The notes under the pieces: generated by a model
The model's input: only the letters and a program-made list of their open reading frames with translations
What the model was told of the DNA's origin: nothing
Databases searched by the model: none
Shown: one piece after another, positions 36,801 to 52,200 of the stretch
How positions within the stretch are numbered: the stretch's first letter is position 1
How the letters are laid out: each line of letters opens with the position of its first letter
From: Octopus sinensis
Taxonomy: Eukaryota
DNA length: 64,000 nucleotides
Direction of reading: 5' to 3'
Assembly: GCF_006345805.1 (NCBI RefSeq)
Contig: NC_043006.1
Coordinates: 71,672,001 to 71,736,000 of the forward strand
Made by a program: the position numbers and the translations under genes

Positions 36801-39800
36801 TTCCCAAACATGTGACCTCCGGTTCATTCCTACAGCACAGCATCTTGGGCTTGAGAAGGTCCTTTACCTTGTTTCATGTTGCTCCAATCTTCTCTACTGA
36901 AAAAGAGTACCAGCCTAGTGTTGGAGCAGCCCTTTCTCCAGCTGTCACATTTTGCATTGGGTTAAGGGGTTAAGGTTAAGGTCGAGAAGGTGTCTATGTT
37001 TGAAGTGATAGCCAAGCTATTACATGTGTATATGTGGATGTATTTATATAATCTGTGTGTGTGTGTTAATCTGATACAATTGATCCTAGGTATTATTAGA
37101 TTTTAATGACATTGTGTCTGGTACAAATTAATGAAAGAAGAAAAAAAGTTTAATTTGTGGCCAGGTTAGCAATCACAGAAACTTCCACAAGTAATCTCCC
37201 ATCAACTTGATATGAACTGTTGTTGTTATTGGATAGTCACCTGTGTGTTCCTAAACGTACATTCAAGCGGTTTGTAAGAACCTAATCATATAAATAACAA
37301 GTAAAGAAATGGTACAAAACTCGGAAGTATTTTTGTCATACATGAGAGACATGTATATCCTCACTAAATCTTGTGGTTCTCTTCTTTTATATGATACATT
37401 TCTCTTTATCATACAGATTTGCCAGTGAAGTTGCTGGAGTGGATGATCTGGGAACAACTGGGCGTGGTAGCAACATGGAGGTCGGCACATATGTTGAAAA
37501 AATGTTTCGGTCGGAACTCTCTGGTAATGTCATTGATTTGTGTCCAGTTGGCGCTTTGACATCCAAACCTTACGCCTTCACCGCTCGTCCTTGGGAGACT
37601 AGGTAAGAAACAAATACCATTTACAAATATTTCTTGATACTGGTTATTTACAGACTCACTCAACTACACTCCTCCCCACAATTTTGGAGCGTTCTGCCAA
37701 AGTTGGAATCCATTATGGTTATTATTATTAAGGTGGTGAGCTGGCAGAATTGTTAGCACGCTTGATGAAATGCTTAGCGGTATTTTGACCGTCACTACAT
37801 TCTGAGTTCAAATTTCACTGTGGTCAGTTTTGCCTTTCATCCTTTCGGGGTTGATAAAATAAGTACCAGTTGAACACTGGGGTTGATGTAATCAACTCAT
37901 CTCCACCTCCCCCAAGCTGCCCATGTGGCAAAAATTTGAAATAATTATTAAGGTGGTGAGCTTGTAGAATTAACACATTAGACAAAATGCAAAATGCTTT
38001 GTGGCTCTTCATTATATTCTGAGCTCAAATCCCATCAAGGTCTGTTTTGCCTTTCATCCTTTTGGGGTGGCTGAAGTAAGTACTAGTTGAACACTGGTGT
38101 CAATGTAATTGTTTATCCCCCCTCCCCTCAAAATTGCTAACCTTTTGCCAAAATGAGAAGGAGTTACTGTAATTATTGGTATTATTATTATTATTATTAT
38201 TGTACTTCATTAGCACACCAGGCAAAATGTTAAGCAGCATTTTGTCCATCTTTATGTTCTGAGTTCAAATTCCAGTTGGCTTTGTCTTTCATCGTTTTGG
38301 GTCAATAAAATGCACTGGGGGCAATGTAATTGACTTACCCCCAGCTCTGAAATTGCTGGCCTTGTGTCAAAATTTGAAGCCATTATATTAAGTACCAGTG
38401 AAACCCTGGAGTTGATGTAATCAACTAGTCCCCTCCCATCAAAAATTCAGGCCTTGTGCCTTTAGAAGAAAGGATTATTGTTGTTGTTGCTGCTGCTGCC
38501 ACCACTGCAGCTGCAGCAGAAAAACTGCTTAGTGGTATTTTTTCTGTCATGTTCTGAGTCCAAATGCTGCTGGGATCAGCTTTGCCTTTCATCCTTTTGG
38601 GGTTGATAAAATATGAACCAGTTAGTACTGGGGTCAATGTAATTGACTAGTCCCCTTCACTAAAATTTCAGGCCTTGGACCTAGAGTAGAAAGGGTTATT
38701 ATTATTAAAAAGTTGGTGGGTGGAGAAAATTGTTACAGTTTTGGTCAAAACATCAGCGTGACTGATTAGCAAGAAGCTTGCTTACCAACTACATGGTTCT
38801 GGGTTCAGATCTACTGTGTGGCACCTTTGGAAAGTGTCTTCTATAGCCTTGGGCCAACCAAAGCCTTGTGAGTGGATTTGGTCGACAGAAACTGAAAGAA
38901 GCCTGTCATAATGTATATGACTAGAGATGTTTGCCTTGCCTTAACATTTGTTGTCCTCTTTAGCAATTATATATCTGCTATATCGGTAATCTGCAATGGC
39001 TCCATAACTACTGTCTTGGCTATAACCTTTGAGCCCTATTATCCGTTACAGCACTTACCTAGCATACCTAGTCACCTGTAAACTAAACCCCCATATTTTA
39101 TATATACGCGTGTGTCTGTTTCCCCCACCTCTTGTCATCGCCTGACAACCAATGTTGGTTTATGTCCCCAAACTTAACGGTCCGGCAAAAGAGACCTGTA
39201 GAATCAGTACTAGGCTTACAAAGAATAAGTCCTGTGGTTGATTTCTTCAACTAAAGGCTGTGCTCCTGCATGGCCGCAGTTAAATGACCAAAACATGTAA
39301 AAGAGTGTATTTCCAGCTTTTTATATTCTGAGTTTAGAGCCTGCCAGAGTCAGCTTTGCATTTTATTCATCCTTTTGGGTTGGTAGACAATTTCCAAGTA
39401 TCAGCATAACTCACATTTTCCTCTCCCCAAAATTGGTGGGCCTGTACCTGCACGTAAAAAGCACCATTTGAACGTGGTTGATGCCAGGTCTATGCCAATA
39501 GCATGTAAAAAGCACCAACCAAACGTGGCCGATGCCAGTACCCCCAGACTGGCTGCCGTGCCAGTGGCACATAAAAAGCACCATCCGAATGTGGTCAATG
39601 CCTGGTCCACCTGACTGGCTCCTGTGCTGGTGGCACATAAAAAGTACCCACTACACTCAGAGCGGTCGGTTGGCGTTAGGAAGGGCATCCAGCTGTAGAA
39701 ACATTGCCAGATCAGATTGGGGCCTAGTGCAGCCGCTGGCTCTCCATACCTCAGCCAAACCGTCCAACCCAGGCTAGCATGGAAAGTGGACGTTAAACAA

Positions 39801-42800
39801 TGATGATGATGATGAGTGGAGTTGTAGAGTGACTAAATTCCTTTTGGTATTTTGGTTATGTCCTATCACATTCCGAGTTCAAATCCCACTAAAGGTGACT
39901 TTACCTTCTGTACTTCATAGGAATTGATAAAATGAGTAGCAGTCATTTTCTGATAATATAAATAAGGACCACTGTCATCATTGTCATCACCACCATCATC
40001 ATCTGCTTCCTCTTCATTGCTATCATTATTAGGTGGCAAGTTGGCAGAGTTGTTAGCATGCTGGACGAAATGCTTAGTGGTATTTCGCCCATCGCTATGT
40101 TCTGAGTTCAAGTTCTGCCGAGGTTGACTTTGCCTTTCATCCTTCCGGGGTTGATAAAATAAGTACTAGTTGAACACTGGGGTCAATGTAATTGACTCCT
40201 CCCCGTCTCCCCCAAGCTGCCTTTGTAGCAAAAATTTGAAATAGTTATTATTATTAATGTTATTGTTATTATGTGGGGTATATTTTTTCAGGAAAACTGA
40301 AAGTATTGATGTTATGGACGCAATTGGTTCCAATATTGTTGTGAGCACAAGGTCCAATGAAGTGATGCGGATTCTGCCACGGATGAATGAGGTAAGCAGG
40401 GCCTCAACTCACTGTCTTTTCGTCTCTCAAAATATAAATTTAAATTAATAATAAAATTAATTAATTAATAACCAAAATTAGTTAATAAATAATAATAAAG
40501 CAAATGCTACCTCTCACCAGGTTCCAAACAAGGAGTCCTTCAGGGACTGGTGCTTAACTTCAGTTTGATAGCATTGAGAATCTGAGAGGATAGGCATGTC
40601 TTCCACTAGGATAGAAAACTCTGCTATCTCACTTGATATTTCTCTCACTAAGATGGTTTTGTATCTATTTCTTATCTTATTCAAGTACTGAGGCAATGAT
40701 GAGTAAAATATACTCCCCTGGAAACAGGGAAACATGAACACCAGCATTAAGTAGATTTGAACTGAAGATGGAAACTATTCAAAAACAATTTCTGGGATGT
40801 AGTAAAGCACTAAAGTGAAGGCATGCAGCTTAGTGGTTTGCGTGTTGCATTTATGATTGCAAGATTGTGGTTTCAATTCCTGGGTTGGACAGTATGTTGT
40901 GTTCTTGAGCAAAACATTTTACTTGACGTTGGGCCTCACGGAAACAATGACCAAGACCTTTGGCATCATGTTGTGCTAGAGAAGAAGACCCATCAAGCCG
41001 AGCAAAATCACAGTTGTGGCAGACACTGGTGTCACACAAATTGGCACCCATACTGGTGGCACGTAAACGCACCCCAGTATCATGCAAATGGCACCCATGC
41101 CAGTGATATGTGAAAGTACCCATTACACTCTCGGAGAGGTTGGCGTTAAGAATGACATCCAGCTGTAGAAACCCATGCCAAATCAGACTGGTGTCTGGTG
41201 CAGCCTTCCAGCGTGTTAGCCCAGTCAAACTGTCCAACCCATGCCAGGCGTTAAATGATGATGATTGTTCTATAATCACTTCTGATATGTAGCACACCAT
41301 GCACCTGTATAGACAATGTTGATTTGATTGAAGGAATGAGCTAATGAGGAGCACAATCATTCGGTTGCTATACACAAAACATCTGTGCAGGTTGTTCAGC
41401 AAGAAATTGCAAACCCTTATCTGTCGTCTATGGCACAAAGAGTCCACTAAAGCACTGAATTAACTAAAGCAGCATACCATTTTATTAATTAAAGCATGAG
41501 CACTAAATGAATCCTAACTTTATCTTCACTTTCCCAGAAATCAAGCAAGCTAAATTACAAGTCATTATTACTTAAAACTCAGATGAACCCCGACTGGACT
41601 GACTTCCGATTAAAGCCATCCCTCCCAATGACCATCCTGTCTTTTTAAGCCTAAGACCATATGTAATACTCCAGCATGACCTCAGCTGTGGTTGTTATAA
41701 CTAAGTAAAGAACAACGATACAAAATAGGTAGAAGTAGAATTATTGCTAGGTTATTCTTAATTTCAATATTGCAGGTATGTAGCTTAGTGGTTAGGGGTA
41801 TGCATCTCATGATCGTAAGATCATTAGTTCAATTCCTGGTGGCTCATTGTACTCTTGAGCAAGACACTTCATTTCACATTGCTCCAATCAACTCAGCTTG
41901 CAAAAATGAGTTGTACCTGTAATTCAAAGGGCCAACCTTGTCACATTTTGTGTCCTGCTGAATCTCCCTGAGAACTACGTTAAGGGTACATGTGTCTGTG
42001 GAGTGCTCAGCCACTTGCATCTTAATTCCATGAGCAGGCTGTTCCGTTGGTCAGATCGGAGACCTCCTCATTGTAACCAACGGAATGCTAGTACCAATAT
42101 TGCACTGTGTTCTACTGAGGTATTATTGTCTGATTGAATTGAAATAGATTAAAAATTGTTTCAAATGGTGATGGTTCTCATTTTTTCATGGCAGGAAATA
42201 AACGAGGAATGGATTTCTGACAAGACTCGGTTTGCCTATGATGGTCTGAAAAGGCAGCGTCTGACTGTCCCTTACATTAAGAACAGCAATGGTGTGTTAG
42301 TCCAGACTGATTGGGAGGACGCTTTGCATACTGCAGCTGAGAAGGTAAATCTTTCATATTTACACGCTTGCACAAAGATACACACACGCTCACACAAAGA
42401 CACACACACACATACACATTGACCATCCATTCCTATCTGTAATTTCATTCCTCCTTCTCTCCCAGGTACTGCCATATGCTTAAGAAGTTCGTTTTGCAGG
42501 CAATAGTTTTGGGTCCAGTCTCACCATGCAGCATGCTGATCATGTATGTTCTGCTATTGATCCAGCTGACAAAATCTTTCATGTGTGGATTTGGTAAATG
42601 GAAAGTAAAAGAAACTTGCTATACACACAAACACGCACATACATGTGCGCATATATATAGGGGATATTCCAACCCCATTTTATGGTTCGTTACTTTAACA
42701 GCTCCTTTATAGGATCCAGTGGCCAAGGACATCATCAGGAGGAACTGCATCCAGTTTCAGCCCCTACTCCTCTACCGTTTTCAACGTGGCAGGGCTACCC

Positions 42801-43173
42801 CCTTTTGGAAGTGTCTTCAGCTCTGGTGTTGAGTGCGGTTTTTATCTTTGGCCTTTTGTTCTTTGGTTTCTTCGATGCAGCATCAATGAATGCCAGCAGG
42901 TGAATGACTATCCTGTCAAATTTCCCTTTGAACACTTGCCAGTAGGCTCCAGAACATTATTACTCATAAGAGATAACAATATTAGTGGCCACAAGCTTAA
43001 AACTGTATAGACTGTATAGAAGAATTACATATAACAAAGGCACTAAAAACACCAGCTTTGCTAAATATAGGAGTCAAAAACACTCTGAAGCCAGTGTTAA
43101 TTCTTGTGGCTTCAGAATGTTTTTGACTCCTATTTTTAGCAAAGCTGGTGCTTCTTAGTACCCTTGTTATATA

Positions 43174-43213
<40 letters not shown>

Positions 43214-43215
43214 TG

Positions 43216-43246
<31 letters not shown>

Positions 43247-43266
43247 ATATAATATATATATATATA

Positions 43267-43327
<61 letters not shown>

Positions 43328-45774
43328 TGTGTATATATATATATAATGTGTGTATATATATATATATATATATATGTGTATATATATATATATTATATAT
43401 ATATATANNNNNNNNNNNNNNNNNNNNNNNNNNNNNNNNNNNNNNNNNNNNNNNNNNNNNNNNNNNNNNNNNNNNNNNNNNNNNNNNNNNNNNNNNNNNN
43501 NNNNNNNTTGCAGTTAAATTTACTTTAACAAATTTTCTGTTGTCTTTAACATGAGGTAGTGTTTTGAGATCTAAATTTTTGTAGACTGAAATTAATAGGG
43601 TAATATGTGCCTTGCCCAGGAACAGTATTGACTGCTGCAAGGTTTGAACTCAAGTTAGTTGTTGTGATTAGTATTTTAACATCATACCTCATAGTCCGTC
43701 TTATTGCACAACAATCAATGCATAGAGGTAATAGTGTAAACCTAGTCACCCCGCTTTAAGATATAAAGTTAGGGATGATAATGACTAAAGATAAATAATG
43801 CCTGTTAGTTACAGTAATGACTGTAACTTGTCCATTAATTATATGATTAATGCATTGATTGTTGTTTTATTTGTTTTTTTTCTTTTTTGTTCTCACCATC
43901 TAGCACTGATATTAGGTCAAACTATCTACTCAACACAACCATTGCTGGGATTGAGGAGGCAGATCTTGTTCTTTTGATTGGTACCAACCCTCGATATGAA
44001 GCATCACTCTTTAATGCTAGACTCAGAAAATGGTAAGACACACCTTGTTTTTATTCCCATGTAGATGTTTCTTGTTTGATTCTAATATTTTGTTTTCATG
44101 TCATTAAGTCACACAGACTAATAGACACTCAGTCAATGTTTACTGGAGTTGACCCCTATCCTCACTAAACCCTTCAGCGTTTTGGGTCTGTTTTCTCTCT
44201 GTGTGGCTTCATCTATTTTCTAAGCATATTATACTGGAACTTAAGATTACAATGTCTAAGTATACTTTTTTAAACCCTTTCGTTGCCACATTTCTGTTGA
44301 AATACACACTGCCTTTGTTGCGATTAATTTTTAAAATAAGGAAGAATTTAGTGAAATAACTTTGTTATTATTAGTTTTATAATTGGGACATAAATTAACA
44401 TAAAGTTCTTATGAAAGGTTTTAATTTAAATCAATTTAAACAAGAAATTTGTATCATAGAACCAGTGGCAGTCTCAAGAGGGTTAGTATCAAAAAGGTAT
44501 AAGCCAGTAGAGTGAAATTTGAAGGAAATTATTGGTCTGCTTTTAGTAGCAGACCAAGTAACCACCTCATCTTGCTGAGAAAGAAAGTTTAGTTATCTAT
44601 GGTCCTTTATATATTTTACCTGTGTTATGTGTGTGTCTGTTCAAAAAAGAGAGAGAGAGAGAGAGATCTACATAGTTCATCTATAAATCTGTAGTAAAGG
44701 TCAATCTGTTGAACAGAGGTTCATCTCTCCTGGTCACCAGCTGTGCAAAGATTCTGGGTTAACAAGATCATTAATTACATGCATTATAGAATAGAAATGA
44801 TGAATGGGTGGTGATCACTTCAGTGATAAGGTGGTTGTGGTGGTGGCCAAGATAGAGGTTGTGGTGTTTACCATCTGTTGTATTGTTTAGTAAATGATGT
44901 GATTAGTTCCTAAAAAATGCAATCAATCAGTGATTGTAAAGGTGAAAGTGAACAGGTGAGCAAATGTCATTGGAGTTGAACTGTCATTTTTCAGAGAGTG
45001 GTTAGTCTATACTGGAGTTGTTTTATGACTCCCAGGTAAACTGATATATCAGTGTATGGTTGGCACAGAAGCATTTTGAAACACTTCAGTGTGTATGCAT
45101 GCATGCACATGTGGATGGATGAATTTATAAGAGATGTATATGTTGGTGTTACTTTTTTTCTGTGTTTAAATGTGTGTATATTACTAGCATATGTATAAAA
45201 GCATTTTAAATAAATACATGTGTTTTCAGAAGCTTGCTTCCCAACCACATATTCTGAGTTCAGTCCCACTGTGCAGCACCTTAGGTTAGTATCTTCTATA
45301 GCCCTGGGCTGTTCAAAGCCTTCCAAGTGGATTTGGTACATAGAAACTGAGAAAAGCCCATTGTGTGTGTATGTGCATGTGTGTGTAGTTATATATATAT
45401 ATATTACTCTTATTCTTTTTACTTGTTTCTGTCATTTGACTGTGGCCATGCTGGTGCACTGCCTTTAGTCGAGCAAATCAACCCCAGGACTTATTCTATC
45501 GGTCTCTTTTGCCGAACCGCTAAGTTACGGGGATGTAAACACAACAGTATCAGTTGTCAAGCGATGTTGGGAGGACAAACACACACACACATATATATAT
45601 ATATACATATATATGACGGGCTTCTTTCAGTTTCCGTCTACCAAATCCACTCACAAGGCTTTGGTCAGCCCGAGGCTTTAGTAGAAGACACTTGCCCAAG
45701 GTGCCACGCACTGGACTGAACCTGGAATCATGTGGTTCATAAGCAAGCAACTTACTACACAGCCATCCTATGCC

Positions 45775-45839
<65 letters not shown>

Positions 45840-46199
45840 ATATGTATTTGTGTATGTGAGTGAGTTGCCGTCTCTTTGACTTGGCATTGTTTGGTAGTTG
45901 TAAACAAGTGTTATCATAATATAAGTGGTGTCCTTCATTTCCAATCTTCCATGAAAATACATCTGGCCATTGGGAAACATTACCTAACTTGGAAACTGGT
46001 ATGTGTTGGTGACAGGAAGGGCATTGAGCCATACAAAATCTGCCTCAACAAATTCCATCCCACCCATACCAGCATGGAAAAGTGAATGTTAAAATGGTGG
46101 TGGTCTTTGTATAAATGTGTAGTTGAATATATTTCTGTATAGAAACACTTCAAATCCTTCAGCATATACCTAGGTATGTCAGTTTTCATGTATACATAC

Positions 46200-46233
<34 letters not shown>

Positions 46234-49200
46234 GCACATATATGTGCTTGAGTTTGTGTATTGGTGTAGCTGTTTTTTCCCATTTAAATTTGTGTATGTA
46301 AATATGTGTAGGAGCACTTTAAAATAAATTTATGTGAATGCATGTAAATGTTTGATTGCGTGTTGTTTCATGTGTATGTTTATAGGAATCTCTGCATGCA
46401 CATGTTTGAATAAGTATGTAAATATGTATGCGCACGTGTGTGTGTTGTTCTGATGACACCTTTTGAAGCAGAAACACATGTCCATGGCTGTCCTCTTATC
46501 TTCAGACACTAATCCTCTCCTTTCCCTTAACCCTTTTATTATCAAATGTCTATTGAAATGCATTACTTTGGTTTTAATTAATTTTGGAAATAATGAAGAA
46601 TTTAGTAAAATAACTTTGCTTTATGAAGCTGGTTTTTGGAGCATAAATTAACATGAAATTTTGATGGAAGGTTTTAATTCAGATCACTTTATTATAGGAC
46701 CCAAGGTAGTCTTAGGCAGTTGGTATCAAAAGGGTTAATGGCATATAAACTTTGGAGAATACTTGATTCTTGAAATTATCTTGCCACTTCGTATGGATCT
46801 GGTTAAAGATTTGTGTTGTATGGTATTTGATATACTTTTATTTGGCTGTTGTTCAGATACCTGCCATAGACCACTCTGAGCTATTTATCTTAGTTTGTTT
46901 TCATTTAAATTTGATACATGTTATGTTTGCAACCACATCTATATGCACTTATCTGAATAAATATGTGAACAAGCATGTCTATGTATATTTACAGTTATAT
47001 GTATGTGCATATAGCATAAAGGTAGTACAACCAATTTTCTGGCACTCTTTGTTACAGATCCATGCCAGGTTATCCATTTTGCTGGAACAAAAGTAGTCTT
47101 GTGATAATAATTCAGGGAAAATTTCTCTAAGACAGCTGCCATGTTACCAATAACTTTCTTTTTACTTATAAACCTTTACAACACTAGAAACCTGTTACCA
47201 AGGTGGAAACATTCTTTAATAGTATGAAAGTATAAATATTTAACGTAAAATCTAATGCCTTACATTAACCTCCTAACTACTGGGCCCTCACTGGACCCTC
47301 TTTTCAAACATAACTGTAAAGGGATATATTTAGTTTCATGCTGAGACACTGTATTTTCTTTGTATTTTCACTTTTCACAGATAGTCTTTAAGGAGTTTAT
47401 ATGTGGTGTTAAATTTAGTTTTAACCCTTTAATTGCAAAATTGAATTTCATGGTTATTTCTGTAACGATGATAAATATCGACCAAAAAAAGAGCTGGTAT
47501 TTTCTGCCAGTCACATTGTCTCAGTAAACTTTACATATATACCTCAACAAAAAATGGTTTCAAACCTGACATTCCTCGACATAAGATAGACTTGTATATA
47601 AAACTGCTTTCTAACGTTAAGAGTAATGAAATTTTGAGTGGATATAACTGAATTCTATAGTAAAAGGGTTAAACACATGCATCTTATATTATCATAATTT
47701 AGGTTAGAAAGAGAGTGTCATCTTTCATGATATGTTATTGTAACACATTGTGAATAAATGGATGTTGTGAAATGGTTATGAGAAATTGATGTCTTCACTT
47801 AATTATGTGATGAAAATCTTCACATAATCATATCTGGATTAAAAGAAGTTCTGGACCATCAGTTACTTGAATATTGGTGGTGTACCTGTATATGAATAAG
47901 TATGCATATGTGTATGTATGTTTACAGGGATATGTGACATTTTCCAATAATAGAAAATGTTGTTGTTTCAGCTGGATACACAATGAGCTTGAAGTTGCCA
48001 TGGTGGGAACTTCAGTTGACCTAACCTTTGACTACCAGGTGAGTAATTTTTCAAGAGCACACTTAACGATTATTATCATCACTAGCTGGCCCTATGATGG
48101 CTAATTGTAGTATTTCATATATAAGGTACATAATAATCTCATATACAAACATTCACATACTTTCCTTGTACATGCACACACATTCACACATATACTCACA
48201 CAGACTTGAAACGCTGTTTGATTTTTCTTTTCAGTGTTGAATGTTCACCGTCCCACTTCTATTGCACACACAAACACATGACTCCCTTTTACATACATAC
48301 ACATATTCATGCATAGTTGAAACATTGTTTGATTTTTTTTCACCATAGAACTTCCATCATCCCACTACAAAGTTTGCCATCACTCCTCTCTTCCTTATTC
48401 ATCTACCCCTTTCTTTCTCCTTCATATGTTGTGATGGAGATATACATAGAGTATTATTATAGTAGATTACCATCATAGACATCTTGATCATGACCATCAT
48501 CACATTATTGTCATTTCCTTATTAATATAATTAATTGCATTCACCTTTGATCATTGATCATCATTGCCTATGTTAGAAATAATTTTTAAAGGCAATGAGT
48601 AGGCAGAACCATGAAAGCATCCCCCAAAATGTTGCCTTGCTGTATTTGTTTTGACTCTTTACATTCTGAGTTCAAATCTTGTTGAGGTCATCTCAGCCCT
48701 TTCTTCCTCCAGGGTCAATAAAATAAAGTACCATTCATGTACTGATATATTATTTTGTCATCTAACATCCTTCCACTAAATTACCTGGTACCTTTTTTTT
48801 ATAAGCTAAGGATGGTGGATTAGCTGAATCATTAAAGTGTTGAGCAAAGGGCTTTGGAGTCTTTCTTTACATTATGGTTCAAATTTCACTATGGTCAGCT
48901 TTACCTTTCCTCTCTGTAGAATTGATACCAGTCAAGAACTGATGTCAATCATATTGACATATTCTTTCCTCAAATTTGCTGGCTTTGTGTCTAAATCAGA
49001 AACCATTATTATTATTACTAATAATAATCCTTTCTGCCAAAGGCACAAGGCCTGAAATTATGAGGGAGAAGGCTAGTTGATTACATTGACCCCAGTGTGT
49101 AACTGGTACTTATCTTATTAACCCCAAAAGGATGAAAGGCATAGTCGACCTCAGCAGAATTTGAACTCAGAATGTGAAGACAGATGAAATGCCACTAACC

Positions 49201-52200
49201 ATTTTACCCAGCGTGTTAACGATCCTGCTAGCTCACTGCCTTAATAAGAATAAAGTGGGGTGGGGTGGGGTGAGCAATAAATTGCAGAATTATCAAACCG
49301 TCAGAAAAGATGCCTTGCAGTATGTGTTTTGGCTCTTTTCATCCCAAGTTCAAATCCCATGAAAGTCAACTTTCCCTTTTTATCCCTCCGGGGTTGATAA
49401 AATAAATTATCATCCAAGTACTGCAGTTGATGGTGTCAACTAACCCTTTCCACATGAAATCCTATATCGGAAACCATTATTACTTTTAATAATAAAAGGT
49501 CAGGGACATGCAGAATCATTAGACCATTAATCAATATAATCAATCCTCATCTTATTTCTGGTTGTGTGTCTATAATTAGAGATAATTATTAAAGGCAGTA
49601 AGATGGCTAGTGTTCTGAGTTCAAGGTCCACTGAAGTCAACTTTGCTTTTCACCCTTCCAGGTTTGATAAAATAAAGTATCACTCAACTACTGATGCTTT
49701 ATTTTAACAACTAACTACCATTCCCACTAAAATTGCTGGCCTTGTGCCCAAGTAGAAAGAATTATGATTATTATTAGGTTAACCTCACCTTTTATTCTTT
49801 TAGGGTCAATGTAATTGACTTACCCATTCCTCTGCTCCACCCCACAAATTTCAGGCCTTATGCCTGTAGTAAAATAGATTGTATTATTATTATTTCTTTG
49901 TTTTTTTAAATAAAATTCTTCTACAAAACATTTTTCTTTCAATATTTTTAGCATCTTGGTGATTCAACAGATGTTTTAAAACAACTTGCTAACGGCAGCC
50001 ATCCCTTCTGTAAGGTAACTATATTTTTGTGTACGTCATTGGCAATATAAAGCTGTAATCTCCAGACAACTTTATTTCAGGTGGTGTGGGTTTGATAGTT
50101 CTCCAAATGTTTGTATTTGCACAAGCTGCAGGTTTAATATTTCTTTCCGTTATCACTAATTACTCATCCATAAGATTAGGGAGCTGCGTAATATACTTGT
50201 GTTTGTTTCCTCTCTTAATGCTGCAGCTTAACACATACCATGTGCAATGTGTTGCGTTCTTGAGCAAAACACTTAATTTCACATTGCTCCACTCCACTCG
50301 CCTGTAAATAAGTAATCCAGTGATGGAGTGACATTCTGTTCAAATGGAATGTTGTGATCCCAGTCACTTATACACCACAGAAACTGGGTAACTGGCTCTA
50401 GGAGTCCTAGGATTTGAGACTGTAATGTCCAGGTATTGATGATGGTGAAGATCTAGTGTTACCATGTAAAAAGCACCCATGCTGGCGCCATGTACGAAGC
50501 ATCTGTGTTGGTGTCACTTATGGAACACCTGTGCTGGTGCCACATATAGAACACTTGTGTTGGCACCACGTATAGAGCACCTGTGCGGACACCACATATA
50601 GAACACCTGTGCTGGCACCACATATAGAACACTTGTGTTGGCTCCACATATAGAACACCTGTGTTGGCACCACGTATAGAGCACCTGTGCTGGCACCACA
50701 TATAGAACACCTGTTCTGGCACCACATATAGAACACCTGTGCTGGCACCACATATAGAACATCTGTGCTGGTGCCACGTATAAACCACCTGTGTGCTACA
50801 TATAAGGTATCCATGCTGGTATTGCATAAAAGGAACTCCTGCTGATGCCACATAAACGTCCATGCTGATGTCACTTAAAAGACACCCGTGCTGGCGTCAC
50901 ATGTAAAGAATCTATGCTGGTGCTACATAAAAAGCACCCAGTACACTCTGTAAAGTGATTGGCATTAGGAAAGGCATCCAGTTGTAGAACCATAGCAAAA
51001 CAAACAATTGGAACCTGGTGCAGCTCTCCAGCCATGCCAGTTCCTGTCAAACTGTCCAACCCTGCCAGCATGGAAAACTGATTTTACATGATAATGATAT
51101 TCTATATTCTGAGTTTGAATTCCACCAATGTTGGTGAAATATGCACCAGTAATATATTGATAACATTGTTATTGATGGTGCCTCACTCCATAATTTCTGG
51201 TTTTATGCCATTGATAAAAATCATCATAAAACGGCAACAGGTTGGCAGAATCGTTAGAGCACCAGAAAAAGGCTTTGCTCCATTTCTTTTGGCTCTACTT
51301 TCTGAGTTCAACTCCTGCCAGGGTCAACTTTGCTTTTTGTCTTTCTGGGATCAATAAAATAAAGGACCAGTCAAGAACCGGAGTCAATATAATCCAGGTT
51401 TTCTCTCCAACCAAATTCTTAGCCCTATGTCATTGTTGTTATTGCTGAAAACTGTGGTGTGGCAGAAATTGTGGAATGTTAGACTAATTGTATTGTGGCT
51501 ATGTGGTTTTATTTGTTTTACATTCTGAGTTCAAATCCTGCTAGAGCCAGTAAAATAACTTCAAAAAATAGAGTAGGGGTCAGTTGAATCAGTTATTCTT
51601 CTCCTATAAATTTATGATCAAGTGTCTGTATTAGAAATTGTTGTTGTTCTTTTTTGTGACAGACATTGAACTCTGCGAAAAAACCAGTCATTGTTGTTGG
51701 AAGTGCATTGTTACAAAGGTCTGACAGTGCAGCCATCCATGCTTTGGTGACTACCATTGCCCAGAATGCTAGGGTCCAGTGTGGCAGTGGAGATGACTGG
51801 AGAGTGCTTAATATCTTACATCGGGTAAGTACCAGTCATTTACTTGGGGATAGCAACTGTAATTGATTATACTGTTCTCTTTTCAGATATGTTCTTTAAG
51901 CCTGTTGTTGTTGCTGCTATTGCTGCTGCTGTTGTTGTTGTTATTAAAGTGGCAAGCTGGCAGAACTGGTAGCACACTTGATGAAGTCTTTAGCACCTTT
52001 TTGTCCATTTTTACATTTTGAGTTCAAACACTGCTGAGGTTGACTTTGCCTTTCATCCTTATTGGGGTTGAGGAAATAAGAACCAGTGGAGCACTGGGAT
52101 TGAATTAATCGACTACCCCACCACAAAATTTCAGGCCTTGTGCCTATAATATAAAGGATTATTATTATTATTAAAAGGTAGTAAGCTGGCAGAATCATTG

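Noticed and set aside
42440-42471. Pyrimidine tract + CAG|GTACTG as a recursive splice site
   Set aside because: Weak donor, short intron segment, no support without reads
46450-46482. CUGAUGA...GAAACACAUGUC hammerhead-like core
   Set aside because: Stems I and II do not pair
50459-50874. 100-130-aa repetitive ORFs (also 54540-55936, 40851-41447, 56440-56865)
   Set aside because: Open frames in stop-poor retroelement-tail repeats, in several frames at once
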